Part shown: in pieces, positions 6,984 to 15,892 of the stretch
Layout of the letters: each line of letters begins with the position of its first letter
How positions within the stretch are numbered: position 1 is the stretch's first letter
NCBI GenBank assembly: GCA_050049995.1
Contig: JASFVE010000043.1
Location: 1 to 16,100 of the forward strand
Direction of reading: 5' to 3'
DNA: 16,100 bases
Origin: Chlamydiota bacterium
GTDB lineage: Bacteria; Chlamydiota; Chlamydiia; Chlamydiales; SM23-39
Notes under the pieces: model-generated
Seen by the model: the letters and a program-made list of their open reading frames with translations, nothing else
Database searches by the model: none
Told to the model about the DNA's origin: nothing
Translations under genes and position numbers: made by a program

Positions 6984-8540
6984 TTAAAAAATTCTATGGA
7001 GCGCAATTGCCGTTGAGTTCTTTTGAGATTTGATATCTTGCTTGCTTAGAATTTCAGACAAGATTTTTTCTGACTGTACTTGTGGAGATAAAAAAATATA
7101 ATCGGAAATAGCAGTATCAAAAGAAGGTATTTCTTTGGAATTCATAGAGCAAAGTAATAATAAATCAGAACTTTTCCAATTAGCAGCAGTTTCTAAAAAA
7201 GAGGAATCACTACTTTTTCCAATGGGGTCATTGGGAGTTGTTAATGCTTTATAGTTAGAACTGTCAGAAGGCAAGTGATACAAAGAGCTATGGGCACAAG
7301 AAATGAATACCATGCGATCTTTTTCTGGTATAAGCAATAAAAGAGAAAGTCCAAAAGAGTTGGGGTAAGTTTGTTTATCAAGTGCTACAAATCTGTTAAT
7401 AGTATGCGTGAAAGTAAGTGGGTGAAATTCATTTTGCTGATTTTCTATAAGGGTATGTATCATCCCTTTAAGAGCAGCAATAGGAAGGAGAGTAGACAGT
7501 CCTTCTTGTAAAGGTTCTGCTATTATAACTAAGTACTGATCATTGGGCAGCTTGTGAAAGTCATACAGCGCTCCTGTCATAAACTCTGCTTTTTGCTGAG
7601 AAAAACCAATTTCAATTTGTGGCCATGTGGGAGCTTTTTGTGAAAAGAAATCCTTTTTTAATGAGAGAAAACTATCGAGTGTCTTGTTATCTAAAGAAGT
7701 GGGTATTTCATCGCGTGTTTTCTTTAAGAAAAGGGTTATTTCACTTATTACATCTACTATATCTTGATAGCGATCTTGTGGATTTACCATTAAAGATTTT
7801 TCAATAATCTTCTGAAGAGATCCAGGCAAAAAAGATAGATGGATAACGCCATGCGAAAGTCTTCCTAAGATGAGTTCATAGGCAATAATTCCCAATGAGT
7901 AAATATCCGATGAAAAAGATACTTTATTAGGATTTTCTTTTTGTTCAGGGCTCATGTAATTTGGCGTGCCTATCAGACGAGATTTTTTAGATGTTATTTC
8001 TTCTTCTTGATGAAGCTGGGCTATGCCAAAATCAATGACTTTAACTTTACCAGACTCTGTAATGAGGATGTTTTCAGGTTTTAAGTCTCTGTGGATAACT
8101 CCATGAGTATGTAAGTGTAATAAGGCATAAGCTACTTGGAGTATAATATCCAGAGCTTTGGTCTGCGATAAAGATTTTTGTAGAATAAATTGCCTTAAAG
8201 AAACACCCTGAACAAACTCCATAGCAATATATAATCCTTTCTCCCACTTTCCTTGGCCAAAAACTTTTATAATGTTGGGGTGGTCAGTCATGGAAATGAT
8301 TTCAGCTTCCTTTAAAAATCGTGAGACCATTTCTTTGTTGGTGATATATTTAGGCGACAAAATTTTTACAACTAAAGGCTCGTGAGTTTCAGGATGACTT
8401 GCAAGGTATAAAATACTCATGCCACCTTTACTAAGAGGGCTTTCAATACGATAGGGTCCAATTATGGATGGGGTGGCGAACGATACATCTTTAGTTAAAT
8501 GAGGCTTAGTGTTTTGATGATATATATTTTCTTTAGTCAT
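6984..8540 (-). CDS. pkn5: Ser/Thr protein kinase Pkn5 with degenerate SpoIIE/PP2C-like C-terminal domain
   Basis: Hanks motifs SKGGMSILY, VVKIL, RFLKEA, HPNII, HRDLKPEN, DFG, GTPNYMSPEQ, DIYSLG; syntenic with CT673. Confidence 0.92.
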   Translation of the reverse strand: MTKENIYHQNTKPHLTKDVSFATPSIIGPYRIESPLSKGGMSILYLASHPETHEPLVVKILSPKYITNKEMVSRFLKEAEIISMTDHPNIIKVFGQGKWEKGLYIAMEFVQGVSLRQFILQKSLSQTKALDIILQVAYALLHLHTHGVIHRDLKPENILITESGKVKVIDFGIAQLHQEEEITSKKSRLIGTPNYMSPEQKENPNKVSFSSDIYSLGIIAYELILGRLSHGVIHLSFLPGSLQKIIEKSLMVNPQDRYQDIVDVISEITLFLKKTRDEIPTSLDNKTLDSFLSLKKDFFSQKAPTWPQIEIGFSQQKAEFMTGALYDFHKLPNDQYLVIIAEPLQEGLSTLLPIAALKGMIHTLIENQQNEFHPLTFTHTINRFVALDKQTYPNSFGLSLLLLIPEKDRMVFISCAHSSLYHLPSDSSNYKALTTPNDPIGKSSDSSFLETAANWKSSDLLLLCSMNSKEIPSFDTAISDYIFLSPQVQSEKILSEILSKQDIKSQKNSTAIALHRIF

Positions 8541-8569
8541 TCTAGAAACAGTTTAAGGAAGAAGTTTCT

Positions 8570-9625
8570 TCAAGTCATTTCAGTTATGCGAACGCCAAAA
8601 GCTTCGCCAACTTTTACGAGTTCGCCTTTCCCAAGGTAATTTCCATTTAAAGTTAAATCAATGTCCTGTTCAATATTGTGAGGTAGATCAATCGTCTCTC
8701 CCTCTTCTAAGGTCATTAACTGCTTAAAAGGGATTTTAAAAGAACCTATTTCAACATGAAGGTTTAAAGGAAGGTCTTGCTCTTCCTCATTTAACGCTTC
8801 ATCTTTTGGCTCTTCTTCAGAAAAAGCTGCCCCTATGATTTTTATTTTATCTTGTTTTAATTTTGCTTGGAATAGGGGAGTATTTTCCAGTTGGAGAAGG
8901 ACAAATCCTTGATGTAGTTTGCTATCATAATAAGTTTTATCTAATAAAATAACGTCACCGAGGGTAATCGTTTCTAATATATTTTCACTTATGGCTGTTT
9001 CAGCAATAAGAGCCTTAAAATTAAGGCTAAAGGATTCTGTAACAGGCAATTTGGTAAAATCAATAGCACTTTTAATCTGATTATCCCAAGAGTCAATAAA
9101 ACCTTTTGTTAGAAAAACTTTTGCAAAACATGTTTGTTGCAGATAGGTAATTTGCAAGTCGATAACAAGACAGGCTTCTTTTATTTCCGTTGTTTCTTGA
9201 GCAATTTTAAAGGAAAGGCCTTGGCAAAGGTCATCTTGCTCTACGATATCGAGGGTTTCAAGAACCATGTATCGATAAAAGCCTTCCTGAAGCAGTTCAG
9301 AAGAAAAGCTGCTACCTTCCCCTTTTTTGAATAAAGCCCAGGAGATAATTTTAGAAATTTCCTCTTGATCCATGAACAAGTAACAATTTTCTAAAACTGG
9401 CTGAGTTGCAATTTCAATAAAAAAGTTTTCACTGTTAGAAAGACTTTCAAATTCTTCAGGAGTTAGCCAATAGCTTTTTAAAGGTTCAATTTTGAAGTCT
9501 TCCAACTCAAACTTCTCGGAAAATTTCTTGCTAAAGCTATTCCAAGAAAACGCATCGATTCCTACTGGAACTTCTACAATATTCTGTATTTTTTCTTGTA
9601 TCTGTGTATTCCAAAGCGTTGTCAT
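8570..9625 (-). CDS. cdsQ: T3SS cytoplasmic ring / sorting platform protein CdsQ/SctQ
   Basis: C-terminal SpoA/FliN domain (DLPLNLHVEIG...GKGELVKVGEAFGVRITEM) preceded by a first SpoA-like half (LGDVILLD); syntenic with CT672. Confidence 0.92.
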   Translation of the reverse strand: MTTLWNTQIQEKIQNIVEVPVGIDAFSWNSFSKKFSEKFELEDFKIEPLKSYWLTPEEFESLSNSENFFIEIATQPVLENCYLFMDQEEISKIISWALFKKGEGSSFSSELLQEGFYRYMVLETLDIVEQDDLCQGLSFKIAQETTEIKEACLVIDLQITYLQQTCFAKVFLTKGFIDSWDNQIKSAIDFTKLPVTESFSLNFKALIAETAISENILETITLGDVILLDKTYYDSKLHQGFVLLQLENTPLFQAKLKQDKIKIIGAAFSEEEPKDEALNEEEQDLPLNLHVEIGSFKIPFKQLMTLEEGETIDLPHNIEQDIDLTLNGNYLGKGELVKVGEAFGVRITEMT

Positions 9626-9626
9626 T

Positions 9627-10601
9627 TTACTTTCCTAAATCTTCTCCAGACATATCTCCACCCGATGCAGATCTTTTTCTTCGAAAAAGCGGTCTTGTTG
9701 TTTCGTGGGCAGCTTCTAGTCTACCTATTCTAAAGTTTAAGTTTGATTTCTGAAAAGCTTCCATTAAAGATTCCATATTAGCATTAAAAATGGTCACGGC
9801 TTCAGGAGAACCAGTTAAGCGAATATTAAAAGAATCTGGAGCTGTAGCATATTTTTCCAATACTACTGAAGAGCCAAAAAAAACGGAATTTTCAAAATTA
9901 GCACTGGTCAAGTCAATTTGCGTTTGCATAATCCCTTCTTTAGCGCTCATAATTACCATTCTTCCAACCATCTGTTCAAATAAAGGAGCAATTTCAGGAT
10001 TTAAAAAGACTTTTACTGAATTGGTAATTTCAGAGGCCTTTTGCACAATTTCAGCTGGCATTGCAATAGGAAGAGAAGGAAGTGGTGTTTCCGTTTCTTT
10101 TTTCTTTTCTTCTGGTTCTTCCTTTGCCTTAGGCGCCTCTACGTCTTTTTCTGATTCAAGATGTTTTTGCTCTATACGTTCATCCGGCTTTGGAGGTAGG
10201 TAAGTTGTAACTTTTGCTTCTTTAGATTCTGTCGGATGTTTAGGTGAAACAGGTTTTTTCTTGTCATATTCCTTTGCCTCTTCCATACCGCCTTCTTTCG
10301 AAGATATAGACTTTTCTTCTTTTCCCAGCTCTGACTTTTGTTCTACGCCTTTAACTGGCTCTTGCTTTTCAGCAGGTCCCTTATCATAAAAGGTTGTTTC
10401 ATAAGGGGAAGGCTTTTTTTCTTCAGGAGCAGCTTTAGACTCTGTTTCTTTTTCAAAGTGTTGTCTAAATTTTCTTCTTTTCTTTTCTTCTGGATCTACT
10501 TCTCTGGCTCTTTCTACCTTCTTATGCTTTTCTGCAAATTCATCAGCTCTAGAAGTTTTTCCTTTATCATCTGGTGGTAGTGGTCTCATTGGGCCTATCA
10601 T
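9627..10601 (-). CDS. cdsP: CT671-like protein, putative needle-length ruler CdsP/SctP
   Basis: Long K/E/P-rich disordered N-terminus and folded C-terminal domain (SVFFGSSVVLEKYATAPDSFNIRLTG); located between cdsO and cdsQ. Confidence 0.8.
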   Translation of the reverse strand: MIGPMRPLPPDDKGKTSRADEFAEKHKKVERAREVDPEEKKRRKFRQHFEKETESKAAPEEKKPSPYETTFYDKGPAEKQEPVKGVEQKSELGKEEKSISSKEGGMEEAKEYDKKKPVSPKHPTESKEAKVTTYLPPKPDERIEQKHLESEKDVEAPKAKEEPEEKKKETETPLPSLPIAMPAEIVQKASEITNSVKVFLNPEIAPLFEQMVGRMVIMSAKEGIMQTQIDLTSANFENSVFFGSSVVLEKYATAPDSFNIRLTGSPEAVTIFNANMESLMEAFQKSNLNFRIGRLEAAHETTRPLFRRKRSASGGDMSGEDLGK

Positions 10602-10637
10602 CCTTTTCTTTGCTCCTTATACTTATAGATTAATCAT

Positions 10638-11138
10638 TCAAGATGATTTTTTCTTCTTATTTTTACGGGAATACAAGGCAGCTCCAATTTCATCTTGCTC
10701 CGCAGCTTCTTTTCTTGTTTCTTCTTTTTCCATTTCGCTCATCCATTCCTTTTTATGAGTAGTAAGCTTTTCGACATCTTTTTGTTTTTGGTATAAGTCT
10801 TTTTTGGCAGCTTCTACCTGTTCTTCCGCTAACCTTACCTGTTTTTTTTGGGCATCGACTTGCTTTTCTTTCTCTGCTAGACGCTCATCTACGACTTCTT
10901 TGTAGCGCTTCATTTGTTGAATTTTATCTGTCCTTTCACCTTGATCTAGAGCTTGTCGTAACTGATGAAGCTTTTCCAGTTTGTGTTTTAATACTTTATC
11001 CCTTTCTCTCTCTTTTTCTTTTAACTTTTCTTCTTCCTCTAAAAGTTGTTTTTTCTTTTTTTCTAAAATACGGGCAGCTTCTTGAAACCGCCTTTCTTTG
11101 ATCTCAACTAACTCTTGAAGAGGGTAGTCAGCGCTCAT
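10638..11138 (-). CDS. cdsO: T3SS stalk protein CdsO/SctO (CT670-like)
   Basis: YPLQELVEIKERR start, long K/E coiled coil, EQDEIG near the end; TAATG overlap with the cdsN stop. Confidence 0.9.
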   Translation of the reverse strand: MSADYPLQELVEIKERRFQEAARILEKKKKQLLEEEEKLKEKERERDKVLKHKLEKLHQLRQALDQGERTDKIQQMKRYKEVVDERLAEKEKQVDAQKKQVRLAEEQVEAAKKDLYQKQKDVEKLTTHKKEWMSEMEKEETRKEAAEQDEIGAALYSRKNKKKKSS

Positions 11139-12454
11139 TAAAATAGATTTTTAAGCAGGTTAAGAGTTTCTTCAAAACTAGACTTCTCAAGAACGCCTTG
11201 CTTTAAGAACTGATTGACTTTATCAATGTATTTGATGGCAAAGTCAGCATCTTTGTCAGAGCCAGGTTTATATTCTCCAATTCGAATCAGCAATTCATTT
11301 TTTTTGTAGTTTGCTAACACTTCTCTTATCTTTCCAATAACTTGCTGGTGCTCTTTGTCAGTAATATGCGTTAAAATACGTGAGACAGATGATAAAACGT
11401 CAATAGCAGGGTAATGGTGTTGCCTCGCTAAGTCTCTAGACAAAATGATGTGACCATCTAGAATGGATCTTGTTTCGTCAGCAATTGGCTCATTTAAGTC
11501 ATCTCCAGCTACCAATATAGTATAAAATCCTGTGATAGAGCCTTTGTCTGAGTTTCCAGACCTCTCTAAAAGTTTAGGAAGGGTGGAAAATACAGAAGGG
11601 GTAAATCCAGCTCTAGCAGGGGGTTCACCTGCTGCAAGGCCGATCTCTCTTAAGGCCCTTGCATATCTAGTAACCGAGTCCATCATTAAAATGACGGATT
11701 TGCCTTGGTCGCGAAAATATTCAGCAATGGCCGTTCCTACATAAGCTGCATTAATTCTCAGTTGAGGGGCTTGATCAGAAGTGGAAACTATCACTACAGA
11801 TCTTTTCAGACCTTCTTCTCCAAGATCATTTTTAAGAAACTCTCTTACTTCTCTTCCCCGTTCTCCAATCAGTGATATAACATTAACGTCTGCTTTAGCA
11901 TTTTTGGCGATCATTCCTAAAAGTGTTGACTTACCGACACCTGCAGCTGCAAAGATACCTACTCTTTGTCCTTTACCACAGGTTAAAACTCCATCAATAC
12001 TTTTTATTCCAACAGATAATGGCTCATCAATAATAGAGCGCTTTAATGGATCAGGAGGCGGAGCAATTACAGGGACACTTTCAGGTAAGTCTTCAATAGG
12101 TCCTAAAGTATCTTCATCCATGGGTTTTCCCACACCATTTAAAACGCGACCTAAAAGTTTAGGACCTACTTTAATGTGTAAAGGTAGTCGCATTGGGATT
12201 ACTTCAGATGAAGGCCCTATACCAGACATTTCGCCTAATGGCGACAAGAGTACTTCATCTTTAGTAAAGCCGACTACTTCAGCAACTAAAGGATCTCCCT
12301 CTCTTTTAATTAAGCAAACTTCGCCTAGTTTAACTTGAGGGATTACTGCCTTAATCAGCATTCCGATTGCCTCAGTAATTCTTCCATGGACAGTTGTCAA
12401 TTCAACATCTTCCAAGTGAGAAATCAAATTATCTAAGGGAGATTTAGGATCCAT
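11138..12454 (-). CDS. cdsN: T3SS ATPase CdsN/SctN
   Basis: GQRVGIFAAAGVGKSTLLGM (Walker A), LIGERGREVREF, LMMDSVTRYARA (Walker B), GEPPARAGFTPSVF, YPAIDVLSSVSR. Confidence 0.98.
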   Translation of the reverse strand: MDPKSPLDNLISHLEDVELTTVHGRITEAIGMLIKAVIPQVKLGEVCLIKREGDPLVAEVVGFTKDEVLLSPLGEMSGIGPSSEVIPMRLPLHIKVGPKLLGRVLNGVGKPMDEDTLGPIEDLPESVPVIAPPPDPLKRSIIDEPLSVGIKSIDGVLTCGKGQRVGIFAAAGVGKSTLLGMIAKNAKADVNVISLIGERGREVREFLKNDLGEEGLKRSVVIVSTSDQAPQLRINAAYVGTAIAEYFRDQGKSVILMMDSVTRYARALREIGLAAGEPPARAGFTPSVFSTLPKLLERSGNSDKGSITGFYTILVAGDDLNEPIADETRSILDGHIILSRDLARQHHYPAIDVLSSVSRILTHITDKEHQQVIGKIREVLANYKKNELLIRIGEYKPGSDKDADFAIKYIDKVNQFLKQGVLEKSSFEETLNLLKNLF

Positions 12455-12456
12455 AA

Positions 12457-13101
12457 TTATAATTGGATGTTAATCATCTGTTTTAATACATCAATAGTTT
12501 TACTTAGCAAAATAGAAGCGTATTCTAGATTTTGCTGTGCCTGAGCCAGTTTTACTTGTACCAGCATCATATCACCAGGATTAAGCTGGCCTTCGTTATC
12601 TTTTAAATCAAGTAAAGCCTGTTGGGCTTCATGTAATTGATTTTCCCCATTTGTGACAAGTCCTATAAATCTTTCGACAGGGCTTGCTCCCGAAGGAATG
12701 TTCATGGGGGTGGCAACTTGAGCTCCCATTTTATTAGAAGCTGCCATTAAATGAGTATTTGCTTCCGATAATTTATTTCTAAGAAGATGCTCTTGAGATC
12801 GCTTAAACTTAAGATTAGGCGTTTGCAGCATCTTTTTGACATTTTCGAAATTTGAATGGGTAGTATTTACCTGGGCTAATAAGGAGTCTAATGTTGGTTG
12901 ATTAGCTCCTTGCAGTCCTCCTTGTGCAAGTTCCATAGGACTTACTCCGGATGTACCTTGTGGGGCTGCTCCAGGGGTTTGCCCAGGAGCTTGCTGCATA
13001 TATGAATCAAATTGCGATTTATCCGGCGTTAATTTTGGTTTTTCCCCAGTGGGTTCAATAGGACCGCCAGGGCCAGTAGGGGGAGGTGTTTGTTCTGCCA
13101 T
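12457..13101 (-). CDS. CT668-like T3SS-associated protein; candidate inner rod SctI
   Basis: Position between cdsG and cdsN; Pro/Gly-rich N-terminus; C-terminal NPGDMMLVQVKLAQAQQNLEYASILLSK helix hairpin. Confidence 0.8.
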   Translation of the reverse strand: MAEQTPPPTGPGGPIEPTGEKPKLTPDKSQFDSYMQQAPGQTPGAAPQGTSGVSPMELAQGGLQGANQPTLDSLLAQVNTTHSNFENVKKMLQTPNLKFKRSQEHLLRNKLSEANTHLMAASNKMGAQVATPMNIPSGASPVERFIGLVTNGENQLHEAQQALLDLKDNEGQLNPGDMMLVQVKLAQAQQNLEYASILLSKTIDVLKQMINIQL

Positions 13102-13104
13102 ATA

Positions 13105-13536
13105 TTATTTTTGTTTTTTCATTCCTTCGACAGGAGTAGGTGTTTTTTTGATAAATTTTTCCACAAAATCAAGAGCTGAAACAGAAAGATTCTTAATAAG
13201 TGAATCACTGGATTTTGCAGTTGATTCTAAAATCTTTTCGGCTTCGTTTACCCCTTTAGGAGTAAAGCTTAAACTCAAGCCTAAAAATGTTTTAGCCATT
13301 TCATTTTCAGGTTCTTCTTTTAAAACACTTTCAAAAAGTTCTACAGCTTGCTTAAGCTCTAGTTTGTGTAAGTGTAAATAGCCTATGCCTACTTTAGGCA
13401 GGGTGCTTTTAGGATCTAATAGCTCAGCTGCTTTAAAAAGTTTTCGTGCGGCATCTTCGTCTGCTTGATTAACAGCTATAAACCCAGACTCTAAAAGCAG
13501 TATAAAATCTTCTTTGTAACCTTGAATAAAAGACAT
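13105..13536 (-). CDS. cdsG: Needle chaperone CdsG (TPR)
   Basis: FILLLESGFIAVNQADEDAARKLFKAA matches the CT667 N-terminus as recalled; TPR helices; follows cdsF. Confidence 0.9.
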   Translation of the reverse strand: MSFIQGYKEDFILLLESGFIAVNQADEDAARKLFKAAELLDPKSTLPKVGIGYLHLHKLELKQAVELFESVLKEEPENEMAKTFLGLSLSFTPKGVNEAEKILESTAKSSDSLIKNLSVSALDFVEKFIKKTPTPVEGMKKQK

Positions 13537-13547
13537 ACTCCCTCAGA

Positions 13548-13796
13548 TTACTGGGTTTTCTGGTTACGTACCGCATTATTAATAACGGAATTAACCTGTG
13601 AAATTAAGTTAGAAATTGACTCACCAATCTGAGTTACTTGGGCCATTTGAAATTGCACAAGCAAAAATTGACCAGGAGTTGCCTGACTCATAGAGGATGC
13701 TAGTTTTTTTACTTGCTGAACCAAGCTTGACTGTAATTTTGCATAAGCTTTAATCAATGATGAAAATGAGAGTGTTACTCCAGGGAGTTTTGCCAT
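13548..13796 (-). CDS. cdsF: T3SS needle subunit CdsF/SctF
   Basis: 82-aa helix-turn-helix; FLLVQFQMAQVTQIGESISNLISQVNS resembles chlamydial CdsF C-helix; located between cdsE and cdsG; SD AGGAG upstream. Confidence 0.85.
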   Translation of the reverse strand: MAKLPGVTLSFSSLIKAYAKLQSSLVQQVKKLASSMSQATPGQFLLVQFQMAQVTQIGESISNLISQVNSVINNAVRNQKTQ

Positions 13797-13815
13797 TAGT
13801 TTCTCCTTTAAAGTT

Positions 13816-14049
13816 TTAAGATTTGGCGATTTTATTTAATACTTTTCGAAGGGCCGTATAACCGTGAAGAAGGCTACCTAATTTATCAAAGTCTTCTTCA
13901 CCCTGACCCGATCGCATTTTTGTTTTAAGCTCTTCAATTCTTTTTTCGGCGAGTTCAATATATTTTTTCCCTTTGTCGGAATCATTTTTGATTTCTTCTT
14001 CCAAGTCAAAGGCAAACTGTTCAGGTTCTTTTTTTTCTAATCCGTACAT
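13816..14049 (-). CDS. cdsE: Needle chaperone CdsE (CT665-like)
   Basis: FDLEEEIK...MRSG...FDKLGSLLHGYTALRKVLNKI typical of the CT665 family; SD AAGGA upstream; synteny. Confidence 0.9.
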   Translation of the reverse strand: MYGLEKKEPEQFAFDLEEEIKNDSDKGKKYIELAEKRIEELKTKMRSGQGEEDFDKLGSLLHGYTALRKVLNKIAKS

Positions 14050-14061
14050 GCTGTCCTTTTT

Positions 14062-15888
14062 TTACGGGTTATAATCGATTTTATATTTTAGGCCATCTTT
14101 TTCAAGTAGAATCATATTTTTCTGGATGGATGTAATGTCCATGCCATCTAGTGAATCGCCTAAAGTTAGAATTTGTCCATTAATTACCACGCTATAATTA
14201 TTGCTGTCATACTTTGCATAACCTGTTATTTGATAGTTCGCGGTTAAATTAATTCTGGCAGAAGACTCGCTGGAACCTACTGCTATATTTTGCACAGAAC
14301 GTATTCCGGGTATCTCTTCTAGTTGTGCAACAGTATCTTGATATTTTCGGTTTTCCTTTTCATTAAAAAAACCAGATAAGGTTAAAGCACCATTGTTAAG
14401 TTGAAATAAAATACCATCCAATCCATTTGACTGTAAAATTGCTTGTACTTGCATAGTTAAATTTTGTTCAACATATACTTTATTTTCTAGCTTATCTAAA
14501 AAAGGAAAGTGGGTATTTAAATAATCATCTAAGTTATCTTTCTCTTCATTAGTTGCAAGATATCCGGAAATGATAAAATGACCTGCTTCTGTGGCGTAGA
14601 CATTAATTCCTTTCCAGTCCGCATTTTCTACTAAAACATCATTGATGTTTTTCCAAATATACTCATCAATGATGATGTTATCTTCTACAGAGTAAATAAA
14701 GGGGAGTGCTTTTAGATCATAAAGCAGCTCTTGTTGATCAACCTTAGTAAGTACATGTCCTGTTAAAAAAAGTTTTCCGGTGGCAGGGTTATAAGAAAAC
14801 TCAACGTCATTGTATTTTTTTAAAGCTTCATGAATTTTTTCTACCGGTTTTTTGGTAACAACTTCCATTTTTTGACTTTTAAAAAGAGAAAAAAAGCTTA
14901 AAAACACAATTAGTAAAGTAACCACACCGCCAATGGCAAGGGCTATATACTTTGTAGGTATGATGCTTTCTTTCCAATCAGTGGGGAGTACTTCTTCTTC
15001 AGGCTCTTCCTCTACTTCTTCCTCTGGTTCAACTTCTTCAAAAGCTGCATAGGCAGGCGAGTAGATTGTTTCTTGAGCTGCTTCCTTATCTAAAATAACA
15101 AAAGTAGTTGTTCCGCAGGCAATGAGATCTTGTGAGGTTACATGCTTTAGTTCTTCGATAAGAACCCCGTTAAGCCTTGTTCCATTTTTGGAATGGAGAT
15201 CTTCAATGGTAATAATTCCTTCACTGTCAATTGTTAGTTTGGCGTGGTTTCTGGATACGCTTAAATCTTGAAACACAATCTCACAGCTATTAGGGTCTTT
15301 GCCGATTAAATAGGTCTTATTTTTTTCCAATCCAATCTCAGCGCCTGCATTAGGCCCTGAAATCACTTTAAGAAGCAAGGGGGTATCCCCAATTAAATGA
15401 AAAGGAACTTCTTCTTCGGATTCTTCAAAGATGGTGTCATAGGCATTTCTCGCCTCGGGTTCTACTTCAGACTCGCTATCAGGCTCATTTTCTTCAGCAG
15501 AAAATTCTTCAGGCTCTTCTAGAGAACTGAAAATGTTGTCATAGCTACTTTCATTTTTTTTTTCCTCTGTCTTTTCGTCTTCTAAAGATGATTCTTCAGA
15601 AAAAAGAAAGAGTGTTTGTCCTATGCGAACTCTATCGCCCTCTTTCAAAAGGGTTTTTCCTGTAAATTCTTCTTCGTTGATCAAGGTGGGGTTGATACGG
15701 CTTAGATTTTTTATAAAAAATCCTTCGTCACCAAGAGATATTTCAGCGTGCTTGCGGGATACAGTAGCATCTTCTAAAACATAATCTGTCTGGTCGGGAT
15801 CTCTTCCAATAATCCAAAGATTCCCTTCTTTAAAATCTAAAACGAGTCCCTGTAGTGGACCTTCTTCTGCAATAAAGTGTGCTGCCAT
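14062..15888 (-). CDS. cdsD: T3SS inner-membrane ring protein CdsD/SctD with two FHA domains
   Basis: FHA1 (IGRDP...VSRKHA...SRINPT), acidic linker, FHA2 (IGKDP...VSRNHA...SKNGT), TM helix (YIALAIGGVVTLLIVFLSFFSLF), BON-like periplasmic domains, chlamydial-type end EKDGLKYKIDYN. Confidence 0.95.
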   Translation of the reverse strand: MAAHFIAEEGPLQGLVLDFKEGNLWIIGRDPDQTDYVLEDATVSRKHAEISLGDEGFFIKNLSRINPTLINEEEFTGKTLLKEGDRVRIGQTLFLFSEESSLEDEKTEEKKNESSYDNIFSSLEEPEEFSAEENEPDSESEVEPEARNAYDTIFEESEEEVPFHLIGDTPLLLKVISGPNAGAEIGLEKNKTYLIGKDPNSCEIVFQDLSVSRNHAKLTIDSEGIITIEDLHSKNGTRLNGVLIEELKHVTSQDLIACGTTTFVILDKEAAQETIYSPAYAAFEEVEPEEEVEEEPEEEVLPTDWKESIIPTKYIALAIGGVVTLLIVFLSFFSLFKSQKMEVVTKKPVEKIHEALKKYNDVEFSYNPATGKLFLTGHVLTKVDQQELLYDLKALPFIYSVEDNIIIDEYIWKNINDVLVENADWKGINVYATEAGHFIISGYLATNEEKDNLDDYLNTHFPFLDKLENKVYVEQNLTMQVQAILQSNGLDGILFQLNNGALTLSGFFNEKENRKYQDTVAQLEEIPGIRSVQNIAVGSSESSARINLTANYQITGYAKYDSNNYSVVINGQILTLGDSLDGMDITSIQKNMILLEKDGLKYKIDYNP

Positions 15889-15892
15889 TTTT

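Noticed and set aside
8760..8850. Internal translation start for a short SctQ C-terminal product, as in Yersinia yscQ
   Set aside because: No in-frame ATG/GTG/TTG seen in the acidic linker preceding the terminal SpoA domain.
7619..10580. Plus-strand ORFs 7619..7807, 9134..9334, 9790..10203 and 10338..10580
   Set aside because: Antisense to pkn5, cdsQ and cdsP; Phe/Ser-rich composition reflects reverse-complemented Lys/Glu codons.
11532..13381. Plus-strand ORFs 11532..11744, 11781..12338 and 13049..13381
   Set aside because: Antisense to the conserved cdsN, CT668-like and cdsG genes.
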